Assembly: GCA_002269645.1 (NCBI GenBank)
Contig: NIVC01001708.1
Location: 183,843 to 247,842 of the forward strand
Length of the DNA stretch: 64,000 nt
Source: Macrostomum lignano
Lineage: Eukaryota
Reading direction: 5' to 3'
This document shows positions 11,637-24,199 of the stretch, piece after piece. The notes beneath the pieces were generated by a model that saw only the letters and a list, made by a program, of their open reading frames with translations, was not told where the DNA came from and made no database searches. Positions within the stretch are counted from its first letter, which is position 1. Every line of letters starts with the position of its first letter. Made by a program: the position numbers and the translations under genes.

Positions 11637-12872
11637 CCGGGTCGTGCAAAAAATGTAATGTGAATAAGTTTATCATCGAATGCAATTATCTTTTTATTCG
11701 TTAGCATTTAAAACTTTTTAAAACAACACAATGTAATCTAATGTCTAACGAGTGTGTTCAATCAATGTAGCCGCCTTCAGCGCTGATGACCTGCTCCACA
11801 CGGCCCCGAAGCTGGAGCACACCTTGATGATGAACTCCTTGTCCATCTCGGTCCACGCTGCATTAATAGCAGCCTTCAGAGCGTCCACATTTGGGTGGCG
11901 TGTAGCGTAGGCCTTGCTGGAGATATGTCACCAGATGCTGTTAGTCCAACGGATTGATGTCTGAAATCTGTGGCGGCCAGAATTTTTTAGGCCTGAATTT
12001 CATGTAGTTTCCAGGAATATAATGCAGTTCTGCACAGCATTTGCCGTGTGTGCAGGCGCCCCATCATGCTGAAACACGTATAGTTTTCATCTGGGCAGAT
12101 GCTCCGTATCAGGGCAGCACTTTCCTGATCAGGGATCTGCCTGTAACGTGCTGCATCCATGCAGTCTGTAGCCCTGGTCGAAACACACTGGTGGCATCTT
12201 AGCACCATTTGAAGCAACAATGCCGAGCATCATGACTGATGCTGGATGCTTAGTGGTGTGGTGCAGTGATGGTCGCAGAGAAACTCCACCAGCTCTTTTC
12301 ACTGCTCTTGACATTGTTGAAAGACTGACGCTGTTCTGCTTGGCCACGCTGCTTATGGAGGCAGCGAGCATCATGACTGATGCTGGATGCTTAGTGGTGT
12401 GGTGCAGTGATGGTCGCAGAGAAACTCCACCAGCTCTTTTCACTGCTCTTGACATTGTTGAAAGACTGACGCTGTTCTGCTTGGCCACGCTGCTTATGGA
12501 GGCAGTCGGATTGTCCTCAAATTGCTCCTTGACAGCATTCAGGTCAAGTTTTGCTGGCCGGCCAGATCCTGCACGCCTCTCCAAGCTTTCTCCATCAGAA
12601 ATCAGCTTTTTCAATTCCTAGACAGTCACAGTTGAACATCCAGCTTGGAGATTTCTTCATTACTCTTTCCGGCGCAAACTAAGAGTTCAATCTGTTTGTT
12701 TTCTTTTCTCAGACAATTCACACAGCTGGAAGTGAATTGAGTCAAGAGTGGGTATCAATTGAGAGCTTATATAGAAATCTTTCAGGCGACGTCAGATTCA
12801 AATAGTTCTGAGAAACACGCTTAATTCATATTAACAAACATTTTTCTAACATTACATTTTTGCACAACCCAG
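11637..12872 (-). mobile_element. Tc1/mariner-superfamily transposon relic (maT/DD37D-like), internally deleted, with a 141-bp tandem duplication
   Basis: TA flanks; TIR C(C/T)GGGT(C/T)GTGCAAAAA(A)TGTAATGT; minus-strand remnants GSGRP, KHPASVMMLGIVAS, FQHDGAP, FWPP..DINPLD, EGGYID; duplication starts near 12224 and 12365. Confidence 0.9.
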
Positions 12873-13987
12873 TATACGTTTCTTGGAAAATTTATGAGTC
12901 AGGTTTAGGAGGCATCGAATCCTAATTTTCTTAACGAAAAGCTTTATGAATGTCAATAGATAGCAGAGCTATAAGAATGGCAAGACATATCAAAGGATGA
13001 ACATTGGGTCTGACTCCTATCAAAAGCTTTTTGTGCTGAGAAAATGAAAGCCTTCTCCCATAATGTATTTTTTTCGGTAAAACGTGCCTTTAAAATTTCC
13101 CGCGTCTTTTTGTCTTGGACTGTGTTAGTTGAATATTATATTTATTAGTCAATATTGGGTGTACAGTGCATATTGCAATGGGCCAGTACTGTATCGATTG
13201 CATTTGCGGAAATCACGAGAGGCATGCGTACATGTAGAATGTGTGTGCATAGAACTTGACCGTCGGATCTCGAATTCGAAATTACATCTATGTAGAAGCT
13301 GAGCCGAAGCCGCATACAGTGATTAGACCTGTCACCTGTACTTACCTGATATGCTTAAGTTGCGCCTTTAGTTTTGAAAAGGCGCTTGCAGCATCCCAAA
13401 TTTTGCGTGAGCAAAATCTTGCTGCGATTGCAATAGCTACACAAATTAAAGGAATCGGGGCCGGGCGGGTAACACATACATATGTCAGTAGGAGATCTGC
13501 TGCAGATTGAGCCAGTGATGATGGACAAAAGGCCTTGAGATTTTTCCTCTGTAGCAGCTCAGACTCAGCTCCTCAAACATCATTTAGCCGTCTTGTTGTC
13601 GAACAGCCACACGCCTATTTCGTGTCGAAGTTGAGCTCTCAAAGGCTACAACATCCTGCACACTGCCCGAGCCTTACACCTGACTTCGCAACAGAACCCG
13701 ATGCATGCATTAAGCCCCTATAATTATTGCCTTTTGCCTTCCATTCCATGCAGCCACCCCACCTAACCTATAGCTATATTTGCTTTTTCTTTTTTATCTC
13801 CACGATATCTTATAGGGCCTTCTAGCTTGCTCCTCTTTCTCTTCAGCCTGTCAGTCATTGGCCAAAGCAGGGGGGGGGGGGGGAATCGTCCGCACGGATT
13901 AAATCGCCATGCAGTGGGAAGGTCTCGCCCGCTCAGCTCCTGTCGCATGCCAAACACAATCGAGCCGAAATTTCACTCCAAAAAGGC

Positions 13988-14416
13988 ATGGGCCAGTGCT
14001 GCTGCGCCAAGCTGGACGCTGATCTGCTGTACTCTCCCGACATTGCAATGTCTTCGGGACCCGCTGGCAGCGCAACGGCGAACGACGCTGACTTCGCCGC
14101 TGACTTCGCCGCGGTCAGCAGCAAAGCCCGACCAGAGCGGCAGAGGCGACGTCAATCAACAACGCGCTGTTCCAGCATCATCGACTCTGAGCTGTTCGGC
14201 GAAATACCCAGCGAACTGTCGCGCCAAGCTCGCAAGGAGGTGTTCCTGCTGCGCGGCATGGTCAAGTCCGGCCTGCTGCCATTGAAGTCCTACGTCATGA
14301 TTGCCGCTGAGATTGTCGACGACGACTCCAAGCTGGCTCGGCTGGTCAATGCAGACGCCGTCGGCAAGGGCGGCGACGGTGTTGGGGCAGCGGCGAGCTC
14401 CTCGAGATGCTCGTAG
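13988..14416 (+). CDS. Hypothetical 142-aa protein with N-terminal MGQCCC lipid-anchor-like motif
   Basis: True ATG, open frame with GC3-rich codon use like the recognisable genes in this window, AT-rich 3' flank; no family recognised. Confidence 0.5.
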   Translation: MGQCCCAKLDADLLYSPDIAMSSGPAGSATANDADFAADFAAVSSKARPERQRRRQSTTRCSSIIDSELFGEIPSELSRQARKEVFLLRGMVKSGLLPLKSYVMIAAEIVDDDSKLARLVNADAVGKGGDGVGAAASSSRCS

Positions 14417-14987
14417 CTATGAATAGATTATCCTTTGACATTTTTGATCGAGCAACTATATGTGTCTCAATCTCTAAACGTACGGCTAGGTTGCACAAGC
14501 TGAGAGTCGGAAAGGTGTGCACTGACGGGAAATTAATAGATGGATCTTTGGTTAGAAATTATAATTTCCAGCCTCTAATAATGCTCGTGCTGAGAAGAAG
14601 GAAAGACATTTACATGCTTGTAGAGCTTCAGTCTCAATGTTTCTCAGCACTAATGGACCCCCTATATCCTTATATAATATTCTAATATTCTGGACCGACA
14701 AGAATCTAGTTGTTCAATTTCTGATTTTCATTACATTGTTTACTGTACAAGTTGCTATACTACAAATCGTTTTCGCAATTAATTAAAAACATTCCGGTCG
14801 TTTTAATTAAAGCAAAAAAACGTACTAAACGAAAAAATGAAACAAAAAAAGATAATATTTTTCAAAACAGAAGTTATACTGCTCCTAGTATTAAATTATT
14901 AGCATTCTTATATTTGATGACTAGATAAATGTTAGATAATTAGACGGAAGTTTTATCAATTTCTTGCTTTGTGTCACATTCGAACTA

Positions 14988-16800
14988 TTGCTGAGATGTC
15001 ACGTCTTGGGGGGATTGCTGAGATGTCAAGTCTTGGGGGAATTGCTGAGATGTCAAGTCTTGGGGGGATTGCTGAGATGTCAAGGCTTGGGGGGATTGCT
15101 GAGATGTCAAGTCTTGGGGGGATTGCTGAGATGTCAAGTCTTGGGGGGATTGCTGAGATGTCAAGGCTTGGGGGATTGCTGAGATGTCAAGGCTTGGGGG
15201 ATTGCTGAGATGTCAAGTCTTGGGGGGATTGCTGAGATGTCAAGTCTTGGGGGATTGCTGAGATGTCACGTCTTGGGGGGATTGCTGAGATGTCAAGTCT
15301 TGGGGGGATTGCTGAGATGTCAAGGGTTGGGGGGATTGCTGAGATGTCAAGTCTTGGGGGGATTGCTGAGATGTCAAGGCTTGTGGGGATTGCTGAGATG
15401 TCAAGGCTTGTGGGGATTGCTGAGATGTCACGTCTTGGGGGGATTGCTGAGATGTCAAGTCTTGGGGGAATTGCTGAGATGTCAAGTCTTGGGGGGATTG
15501 CTGAGATGTCAAGTCTTGGGGGGATTGCTGAGATGTCAAGGCTTGTGGGGATTGCTGAGATGTCAAGGCTTGTGGGGATTGCTGAGATGTCAAGGCTTGT
15601 GGGGATTGCTGAGATGTCAAGGCTTGTGGGGATTGCTGAGATGTCAAGGCTTGTGGGGATTGCTGAGATGTCAAGTCTTGGGGGAATTGCTGAGATGTCA
15701 AGTCTTGGGGGGATTGCTGAGATGTCAAGTTTTGGGGGGATTGCTGAGATGTCAAGGCTTGTGGGGATGGCTGAGATGTCAAGTCTTGGGGGGATTGCTG
15801 AGATGTCAAGTCTTGGGGGAATTGCTGAGATGTCAAGTCTTGGGGGGATTGCTGAGATGTCAAGGCTTGTGGGGATTGCTGAGATGTCAAGGCTTGTGGG
15901 GATTGCTGAGATGTCAAGTCTTGGGGGGATTGCTGAGATGTCAAGTCTTGGGGGGATTGCTGAGATGTCAAGGCTTGTGGGGATTGCTGAGATGTCAAGG
16001 CTTGTGGGGATTGCTGAGATGTCAAGTCTTGGGGGGATTGCTGAGATGTCAAGTCTTGGGGGGATTGCTGAGATGTCAAGTCTTGGGGGGATTGCTGAAA
16101 TGTCAAGTCTTGGGGGGATTGCTGAGATGTCAAGTCTTGGGGGGATTGCTGAGATGTCAAGTCTTGGGGGGATTGCTGAGATGTCAAGGCTTGTGGGAAA
16201 TTGCTGAGATGTCAAGTCTTACAGAGGGAATTGCAGAGATATCAAGTCTGGGGGGGGATTGCTGAGGTGTCAAGGCTTGTGGGGGAATTGCTGAGATGTC
16301 AAGGGTTGGGGGGAATTGCTGAGATGTCAAGTCTTGGGGGGATTGCTGAGATGTCAAGGCTTGCTTGGGGAAATGCTGGGATATCAAGGCTTGTGGGGAA
16401 TTACTGAGATGTCAAGGCTTGAGGGGGGGAATTGTTGAGATGTCAAGGCTTGCTTGGGGAAATACTGAGATGTCAAGGCTTGAGGGGGGGGGAATTGCTA
16501 AGATGTCAAGTCTTGGGGCCAGGGGGGGGATTGTTGAGATGTCAAGTCTGGGGGATGGCTGAGATGTCAAGTCTTGGGGGAGGGGAATTGCTAAGATGTC
16601 AAGTCTTGGGGCCAGGGGGGGGGATTGTTGAGATGTCAAGTCTGGGGGATGGCTGAGATGTCAAGTCTTGGGGGGGGGATATCTGAGATGTCAAGTCTTG
16701 GGGGGATTGCTGAGATGTCAAGTCTTGGGGGGGGGGATTTCTGAGATGTCAAGTCTTGGGGGATTGCTGAGATGTCAAGTCTTGGGGAGGATTGCTGAGA
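14988..16800. repeat. 27-bp minisatellite (ATTGCTGAGATGTCAAGTCTTGGGGGG / ATTGCTGAGATGTCAAGGCTTGTGGGG)
   Basis: Directly visible; two interleaved variants, degenerate at the right edge. Confidence 0.97.
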
Positions 16801-17099
16801 TACAAAGGCTGAGGTCTGAAGCTACATGTATAGTTTCTTTACACTAATCATTTGACAGAGACTCAAGCACGCCTCAAATACGACTCTTCGTCCCCAGAGT
16901 CCTTATACGGTCCCGAAAGAGTCATTAGACTCGCCCCAGAGTGGCTTACTTTAAGCCAAAGTTCCTAGGGGATCTTGGGGATTTTTTCCTTTCTCTGTTC
17001 CTTCACTAGTGTGAGAGAGAGGTTCTAATGTTTGGCTTTAAGAGCATACATGAGGACTCCTTCACGTACCTTTACATGGCAATAGTCTATATTCCAGAC

Positions 17100-19725
17100 T
17101 TACTCTATAAGTAAGTTTGTTGTAAACTTCTATCTGCTCTGACAAGGTCGGCAAGGTGCTGCCCGCCGAGTTGCTGCTGGCCCATGCGGATCTTCTGGAT
17201 GGCGCCAGGGAACATGAGTCTAAACCGTACCACAGGGCACACTTCAGTTCGGGACGCTGAACTGCCGCACTCTCAAGGCCGCTTTGGTGGAGAGGGCTGC
17301 TGGCGCAGCTACATATGGTAGCGCTTGACTTAAGCTGCGAACGTTATCGCACTGCAATTGAGGTGTCCATCAGGGCCGACCCGGGAATTCATTGTGAGGA
17401 CCTGGGCGCGGCGCAGCGCAGGGGAAGGAGACGGCGCAGCGTGACACAATGGTCGTCCATTCAGACCTGAACGCAGTTTTGCGTAGGTCTGAGAGGTCGC
17501 TGTTGGTGACACCGGGCGAGAACGACATCACCGGAGCGCTGGGGGACTTCCTGGAGAGGCAGGATATAGTGTCGGCCAACACCCACTTCTGCAAGCCACC
17601 CGGCAGGCTCGCAACCCTCGTGGGCTGCAAGCGGGGCCAATGAAATGCGACGCGGAGGCAGGTACAGCTCTTTTACGTGCTTGTGCGTCTTCGCGAGCGC
17701 CGCCGCGCCGTCGACAGCCGCACCGTCACGCATGCTAGCTCTCTGGTCCGACAATCGGCTCCACGTCTTCATTCTGTGTGTATGTGATCTGCTCTACCGT
17801 CCGCCGAAGTGGCAACCGCGGCGCTACTACCGTGCATGCACTCAAGGACACCCAGACGCGTAGTTATTTTGCTAGCGCCTTTGTCAGCGCGCTTGGCGCC
17901 AGGTGCGGGCGCGCCGACTGCACGGAGGTAATTGTTCCGCGGTTAGAGCCGCGACGAAGCAAGCAGTTCCGCTGATGCGACCGGCCGAACGTAGGCAGCC
18001 GGCCAGACAGGAGAACCCTGCGATTCAGCAATCGAGGGCAGAGCTGGAGAGCTGCTCCGTCTGAGCACGCGGCCAACTCGCGAGGCGGAGGAGGCTCTGG
18101 CACATCCCGCTCAATCTGGCTGGCGACACTCCGGATGAGCACAGAAATGTGCTGCGCGAGTCCTTCGCCGCCATTGTCAACTCGCCGCCGCCTCCGAGCT
18201 GCCAAGCGATCTGAAGCTGCTGTTGCCAGCAGAGAAGAGCTTCAATGTAGCCCCAGCCAACACATCCGACGTTGTGATGCTCGCCCTAAAGACTCCGGGC
18301 GGCAAAAGCGCTGGGTCCGGACGAGGTAAACATCAAGTTGCTGCGACTCCACTGTGTGGCCAGCGAGGTCGCCAGTGTGATGAACCTAGTGCTTTTCGGT
18401 GAGGCAACACCCAAAAAGTGGACCACGGCGAAAATCGTCGCTATTCTGAAGACGCCGGGCACCACACGGCTTGAAGAGCACCAAGGCATCCGCCTGCAGT
18501 CCTGCGCTCCGAAGCTGTTTAATCGGATGCTGGTATCGCGGTTGCAGCTGGATCCGTATTTGCGGCCTGAGCAGAACGGGTTCCGGCACCATCGCGGCAC
18601 AGTGGCGCAGATCCTGGCTCTTCGCCAAATCATAGAGGAATTAAGCGCAGTCGAACCCTATTGCTCTCTTTATTGACTTCGAGAAAGGCTTTTGACTCGG
18701 TTGTGAGGGCCGTGCTCCCAATGGTGATTTGTGCGTACAACGTACCAGAGCAGCTGATTTCCGCCGTCATGGCGCAATATCATAACACGGAGCGCTGCTG
18801 CATGTTGACACCGGACGGCCTGTCGGATGTCTTTGAGACATCCTCTGAGGTGCTTCAAAGAGCTGCGCTTGGGCCGCTCCTGTTCGTCCTGGTGCTTGAC
18901 TGCATGGGTTCTGTTGACACCGGACGGCCTTGAAGAGCTGTGGACCACTCTTCCCTCTGATGACGACGACCTCTTCCTGCTGCAGAGACGCGTGGGTTGA
19001 CGCCAACCAGAGAGGCGGCTTATAGCGTGCGTGGCTACGCTGATGATCTCGCCCTGCTGTCCTCGACCGTCGAGGGCGCCCAGCGCCAGCTAGACAGGCA
19101 GGGTAAGCTTTGCGGCGATCGTCGGCCTTGTGGTTCAACACTCAGAAGACCGTCGTGCTTTGCGCGCGCCAGCTATAGACATCGAGGCTGCGATTTTCTG
19201 CTGAGACGCTGATGGTTTCCCGAAGGTGAGGAAGCTTCCACACTTACTGTCAGCAGTTCGTTTTAATTTCCTCGGCGGTCTGGTGCCCTGACGTTCCCGA
19301 GGATCTGTGAAGTCGCCGCGGACTTGCCTGGGCTGCTTTCCGTTCTGTGAGGGCTGTCCTGCAGTCCCAGCGAGCACCTCACCAATGCGGCACTCTATCG
19401 CCGCACCAGCCTATCCCAATTCCCAGCGAAATGTTGCGCCGTCGGCGATTCCAGCTGGCAGGCCGTATCATCCGCGCCGAGTCCTACTGCCCGCAGACGG
19501 TGCAGGGAGTGCTGCTGCTGATGCTGCAGGCAAACGGGGACAGGAGCGTGCACTGGGCATTTCGTCGACTGCCTGCTGGCTGATGCCGACGCCCCGGACA
19601 CTGCCGGTGGTGCGGCCTAACGTTTACGCCTAGCTAGCCCTGAAACGCGCTCTGTGACTCTGCCCTTTCCCCTCATGACTGACTCTCGCTTGACCGGCTG
19701 ACAACGTATTTTGTTGTTGTTGTCA
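17100..19725 (+). mobile_element. Decayed RTE-like non-LTR retrotransposon (endonuclease and RT remnants)
   Basis: GTLNCRTL endonuclease start near 17250; RT motifs KLFNRML, EQNGFR, QILALRQIIEE, KAFDSV, LGPLLFVLVLD, YADDLALL across frameshifts; (TTG)n tail near 19710-19722. The 5' boundary is uncertain. Confidence 0.85.
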
Positions 19726-20379
19726 ACATGTACCGGTACAGTATGCAAGTAAAAGTACATGCAAGCGGAGATGCTCCCATTGATCAAATTGGTTCTTTTA
19801 GGATTAAGTTCATCGGAATTATTGTGATTAGTAAAGTCCATAGTTTTTGTCAAAGAACTATTTGCTGCGTGCTTTTAAAGTTACACAAGCTTACAAGCAA
19901 CAACCTGCATGATGTCGCGGTTTATGTGATGTGCATGTACTGCATTCAGATCCATAAGCTCGCACATGCACACACATTGCATTTCACAAGAGTACTGTAT
20001 GTTCAGCTATATTTTTTCAAAGTTTACATGTTTATTTTCAACACGAAAAATGTTTGTTTGCTCGTAAAATTTGTAGCAGCCCACTATCACTACTGTTCAG
20101 TAGGAGGAGCGAAAATATATGCTATAACTTTTTTCTAACTTTCTATGCAATAGCGATGTTATAGTTGCGTGATGAAAGTCTCTAATGCATACAAAAAAAG
20201 ATTCTTGACTCGAATGGATAAGGGAGATTGTCCAGGGTATAGAGATACTATAGACTGGGTAAAAGAAGGACTATCTTCATGAATTATTCAAGGGGATTCT
20301 GTACATGGTATGGTAAAAGTGGATTCACAACAGGGTAAAAGAGATCTCTCTACATGGTCAAAGATGGTTCTCTGATCTA

Positions 20380-21130
20380 CAGGGTAAAGGGGGATTCTCT
20401 ACAGGGTAAAGGGGGATTCTCTACAGGGTAAAGGGGGATTCTCTACAGGGTAAAGGGGGATTCTCTACACGGTAAAGGGGGATTCTCTACAGGGTAAAGG
20501 GGGATTCTCTACAGGGTAAAGGGGGATTCTCTACACGGTAAAGGGGGATCCTCTACAAGGTCAAAGGGGATTCTCTATAGGGTAGAAGGGGATTCTTTAC
20601 AGGGTAAAGGGGATTCTATACAGGGTAAAGGGGGATTCTCTACAGAGTAAATGGGGATTCTCTACAGGGTAAAAGGGGATTCTCTACAGGGTAGAAAGGT
20701 ATCTCTTTAGGGTAGAAAGGGGATTCTCTACAGGGTAGAAGAGTATTCTCTATAGGGTAGAAAAGGATTCTCTACAGGGTAAAAGGGGATTCTATACAGG
20801 GTAGAAAGAGGATTCTCTACAGGGTAGAAAGGGGATTCTCTACAGGGTAGAAAGGGGATTCTCTACAGAGTAAATGGGTATTCTCTACAGGGTAAAAGGG
20901 GATTCTCTACAGGATAGAAAGGGGATTCTCTACAGAGTAAATGGTGATTCTCTACAGGGTAAAAGAGGATTCTCTACAGAGTAAATGGGGATTCTCTACA
21001 GGGTAAAAGGGGATTCTATACAGGGTAGAAAGGTATCTCTATAGGGTAAAAAGGGGATTCTCTACAGGGTAGAAGAGTATTCTCTACAGGGTAAAAGGGG
21101 ATTCTCTATAAGGTAGAAGGGGATTCTCTG
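20380..21130. repeat. 22-bp minisatellite GGGGATTCTCTACAGGGTAAAG
   Basis: Directly visible. Confidence 0.96.
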
Positions 21131-21933
21131 GAAGGTAAAAGAATCTGTATTAAGAAAAACAGATTTTTATTACTTGATAAGCATTTTAATAAGTAAATGA
21201 AAACAAATGAAAGATCAATATGATGAATGTACTTTATAGTTTAATAGTTCACTGCTAATTAAGTATAATTTATTCATGTACTTCTGTTTGTACAAGATAG
21301 TGAATAAGACAGCTCATTAACATAGTCAACAGTTCTAGGGTAAATTTAAAGAGCAAATAGTGCAATAATTTTAACAGTCAAAACTTATAATTTACCTTGG
21401 CTTACAAGATGTTTTTATTGACTTATTAGTACATTAAATATTAAAAGTTAATGGCTTTACTTGGACTATATTTGGAACGCAGTGACATGGACCATAATAG
21501 GAATTTTATAAGAATAAATTGATTATGTAATGTACTTTAATAATGGTCTTAACTTAAAGAGGCTAATGCCAATGGTGGGGCATTTAGTTTAGAATAGACT
21601 TATTAAAATTCCTATTTATTACAAAGAAGGAACTCAGCTCAACAAAGCCCACATTGTTTTGCATGAATATAACAGAGTCAGTCTCAGAGGCAGTGCAGAA
21701 ACAAAACAATTTCGAGAAATGAATGCAAATCAGTTCATAGAATATGCTTTCAGAAAATTTGAGTAAGTGTGAGCTCAGCAATGGCTAATGCAACAACAAG
21801 AAATTTTTACTAAAGCATTGTTAAAATAGTCAACATCCGCGAGAAACTAACCAAGTCAGGTAACCAAGTTGACGCAACCAGGTAACCCCTGCCGCTGAAT
21901 TGCAGATCATTAATGATGAATGATTGCGCCAAA

Positions 21934-22224
21934 TTAAGCCCTGGTATACTTGCCCCAGATGTGCAGCATGAAGACGCTGGCAATGAATAGCAGGCTCATG
22001 ACTAGGACTGGGACGGGGCCGACCTTGATGCCAGGCGAGTCCTCGGTGTAGAAGCGCCACATGCTGGCATTGTTCTGCGTTGATCGCCTGGTTGACGTGG
22101 CCGTTGAACTGCCAGTAGATTTGCGCTGTCTTACGCCGCCGCCGGCGGCACCTCGCGGCGACACGGCCTTCGACGGGGTCCGTCCTGCACCGACAGACGT
22201 GGCACTGGCAGCGGGTCCTGGCAT
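21934..22224 (-). CDS. SEC61B: Protein transport protein Sec61 subunit beta, intronless, 96 aa
   Basis: Signature [41 protein letters not shown]. Confidence 0.98.
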   Translation of the reverse strand: MPGPAASATSVGAGRTPSKAVSPRGAAGGGVRQRKSTGSSTATSTRRSTQNNASMWRFYTEDSPGIKVGPVPVLVMSLLFIASVFMLHIWGKYTRA

Positions 22225-23069
22225 GATTTAGCAACTTGCAAAGCTTGTTTGGCTAAACGAGAGAAATGCTTTAGCAGTTCGCGAGCTATGGCCCTAATTT
22301 AGGCAGAGAGCTTTTCGCGGGGTAGACAGAATAGAATGAGAGGCAAATGCCTTATAGCAAGAGTTTGGGGGCAGAGTTTGTCTATCTTTTGGGGTGCGGG
22401 GGCTTGTCGCGGCCAGCCAATAGTGGCAGTCCATCAGTGTACAACGATAAATGTACACTGAAAAGGGAATTCCACACCGGCACTGAAAGAGCTTCAGAGG
22501 GTTGAACGTGACTCAGCAAATTCTGCAGTAAGAATATAGCAGAATTTTGCGGTTCTGCCTATAAGGGCAGCAGACGTAAGTTTGCATTGCATTTTCAGCA
22601 TTTGCAAGTTATAACTGCAAATTTTGACTCTTGTTGACCTAAAAGCATGATAAGAATTCATCAGCAAAAAAACAAGTTTTATTTTATAAAGGACAAGCAC
22701 GTGAAAAATCAATGACATAATTTTCCAGACTATACAAAATTTTACAAAATTTTACAAAACGCATTATACGAGTTAGTGTTGGCCTGTGGGCGTGGGACGT
22801 AAACCAAGGCACATGATCACATCTTTATGGGAAATATAACGTGTTACGCGCATTATGTATCATACCACTGGATAGGGGAATGGTGTTTTTACAAAGCGCT
22901 TTTCTTGTCTTAAAATTTAATTGTCACCAACGTGAATTGATTCTATTTTTTGGATTGAAACATTCAAGATTCAATCAATGGGTGGTTAGACGAAGGTCGG
23001 AACTCAGGATAATGGGTGGGGGCACGAGTGTGCTAAATTCAGCAACGCCTAGATCACGAGTGCGCGTAT

Positions 23070-24199
23070 AGTCTGCATACGTGCTGGAATCCAACGCTAT
23101 TTGAAAATGATTGCGGGACTCAACATTAACATTCTTAGCGGAGAAGAATTTTCCGGAGCTAATCGTCTACTGCGGTTCAAAGTCCGTGAGTGGCAATCCT
23201 CAGGACGTCAGGTTCGACCGTTTCCTCCAATTGAGGAAGGAGACATGCAAAAGCTGCGTCTTTACTTTGACCGCTCAACTGCCGAAGTTATACAGGACGA
23301 GATGCTGTTTCGGCTGCTGTACGGACTGGGAGAACGAGGCACAGAGCACCTTGCGAGCTTGGAGACAAAGGATTGGTTAGAGAAGAAAAGCGACTCAGAC
23401 GGAAGGATGTACTACGCACTATCATCGTCGAAGACCAAGAACAGGACAGCTGATCCGGCGAAAGCCAAAAGAGACGTCGAAATCAAGCAGGCCAGGATAT
23501 ATGACACAGCAATTATAGATGAGTATTTGTCTCTCCTGCCTGGTGAAACGAAGGACAATTAATTCTCTGTTCCCAAGACCGCTAATTAGAAATTCGCCGA
23601 CTGGAGCACGGCGGTTTTGTGCTAAGCAGAAGAGAGGCGTAAACTATCTCAACAACTTTATGAAGACGCTGAGTGGGAAGGCCAAGCTATCCAAAGTTTA
23701 CACCAACCACTGCATCAGGTAAATCTCCTTTGCCAAAGGTGTAGCTTAATTTAGCCTTTAGGCAATGCCTCAAGATGCTTACAATTGTGTAATACCGTTT
23801 GCCCAATATTTTAGAGTCAGCAGGGTGTGCGACTTAGAAGCAGCTGGACATTCCATGGCCGACATCATGGCGATAACTGGCCAGAAGTGCGAAAAAACCG
23901 TTCGCCGATATCTCTCAATCAGACGTGACAAGGTGCTAAAGAAGTGCAGCGACGCCGTAACCAAGGTACTGGACATGGAGAAAAATACTACACCGGATTT
24001 AGATGGTCATGTTATTACGAGCGCGTGCCCATCAGCCAGTACAACAGATAGCCCAGTAGTCAACACAAGCGTCTGCCCAGTCAATATCCAGAGCTCAACG
24101 GTCCATGGGAGGCGGTCAACTTCGCAAACGTACGTTCATTCAAATGGCAAGAACATCTTCGTTATGCAAAACTGCACGTTCAACCAATGCAGTCTGTGA
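23070..24199 (+). mobile_element. Crypton-type (DUF3504-like) tyrosine recombinase relic with a spliceosomal intron (23719-23814)
   Basis: CIRAGIQRYL, EEFSGAN, GERG (catalytic Arg), KTKN, YTNHCIR, AGHS..IMAITGQK...RRY and terminal NCTFN; frameshift from an AATT duplication at 23557-23564; 5' part not resolvable. Confidence 0.85.

Noticed and set aside
13505-13690. C/D box snoRNA (GTGATGA at about 13516)
   Set aside because: No D box at a plausible distance with a terminal stem, and no recognisable rRNA antisense element.
14964-16656. Long repetitive ORFs (e.g. 342, 351, 315 aa) as repeat proteins
   Set aside because: Open in several frames on both strands because the 27-bp unit lacks stops; no unique flanking coding sequence. 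The same applies to ORFs at 1-1470, 37.1-38 kb, 41.8-42.4 kb, 45.8-46.6 kb, 47.9-50 kb, 50.7-53.5 kb and 62-62.9 kb.
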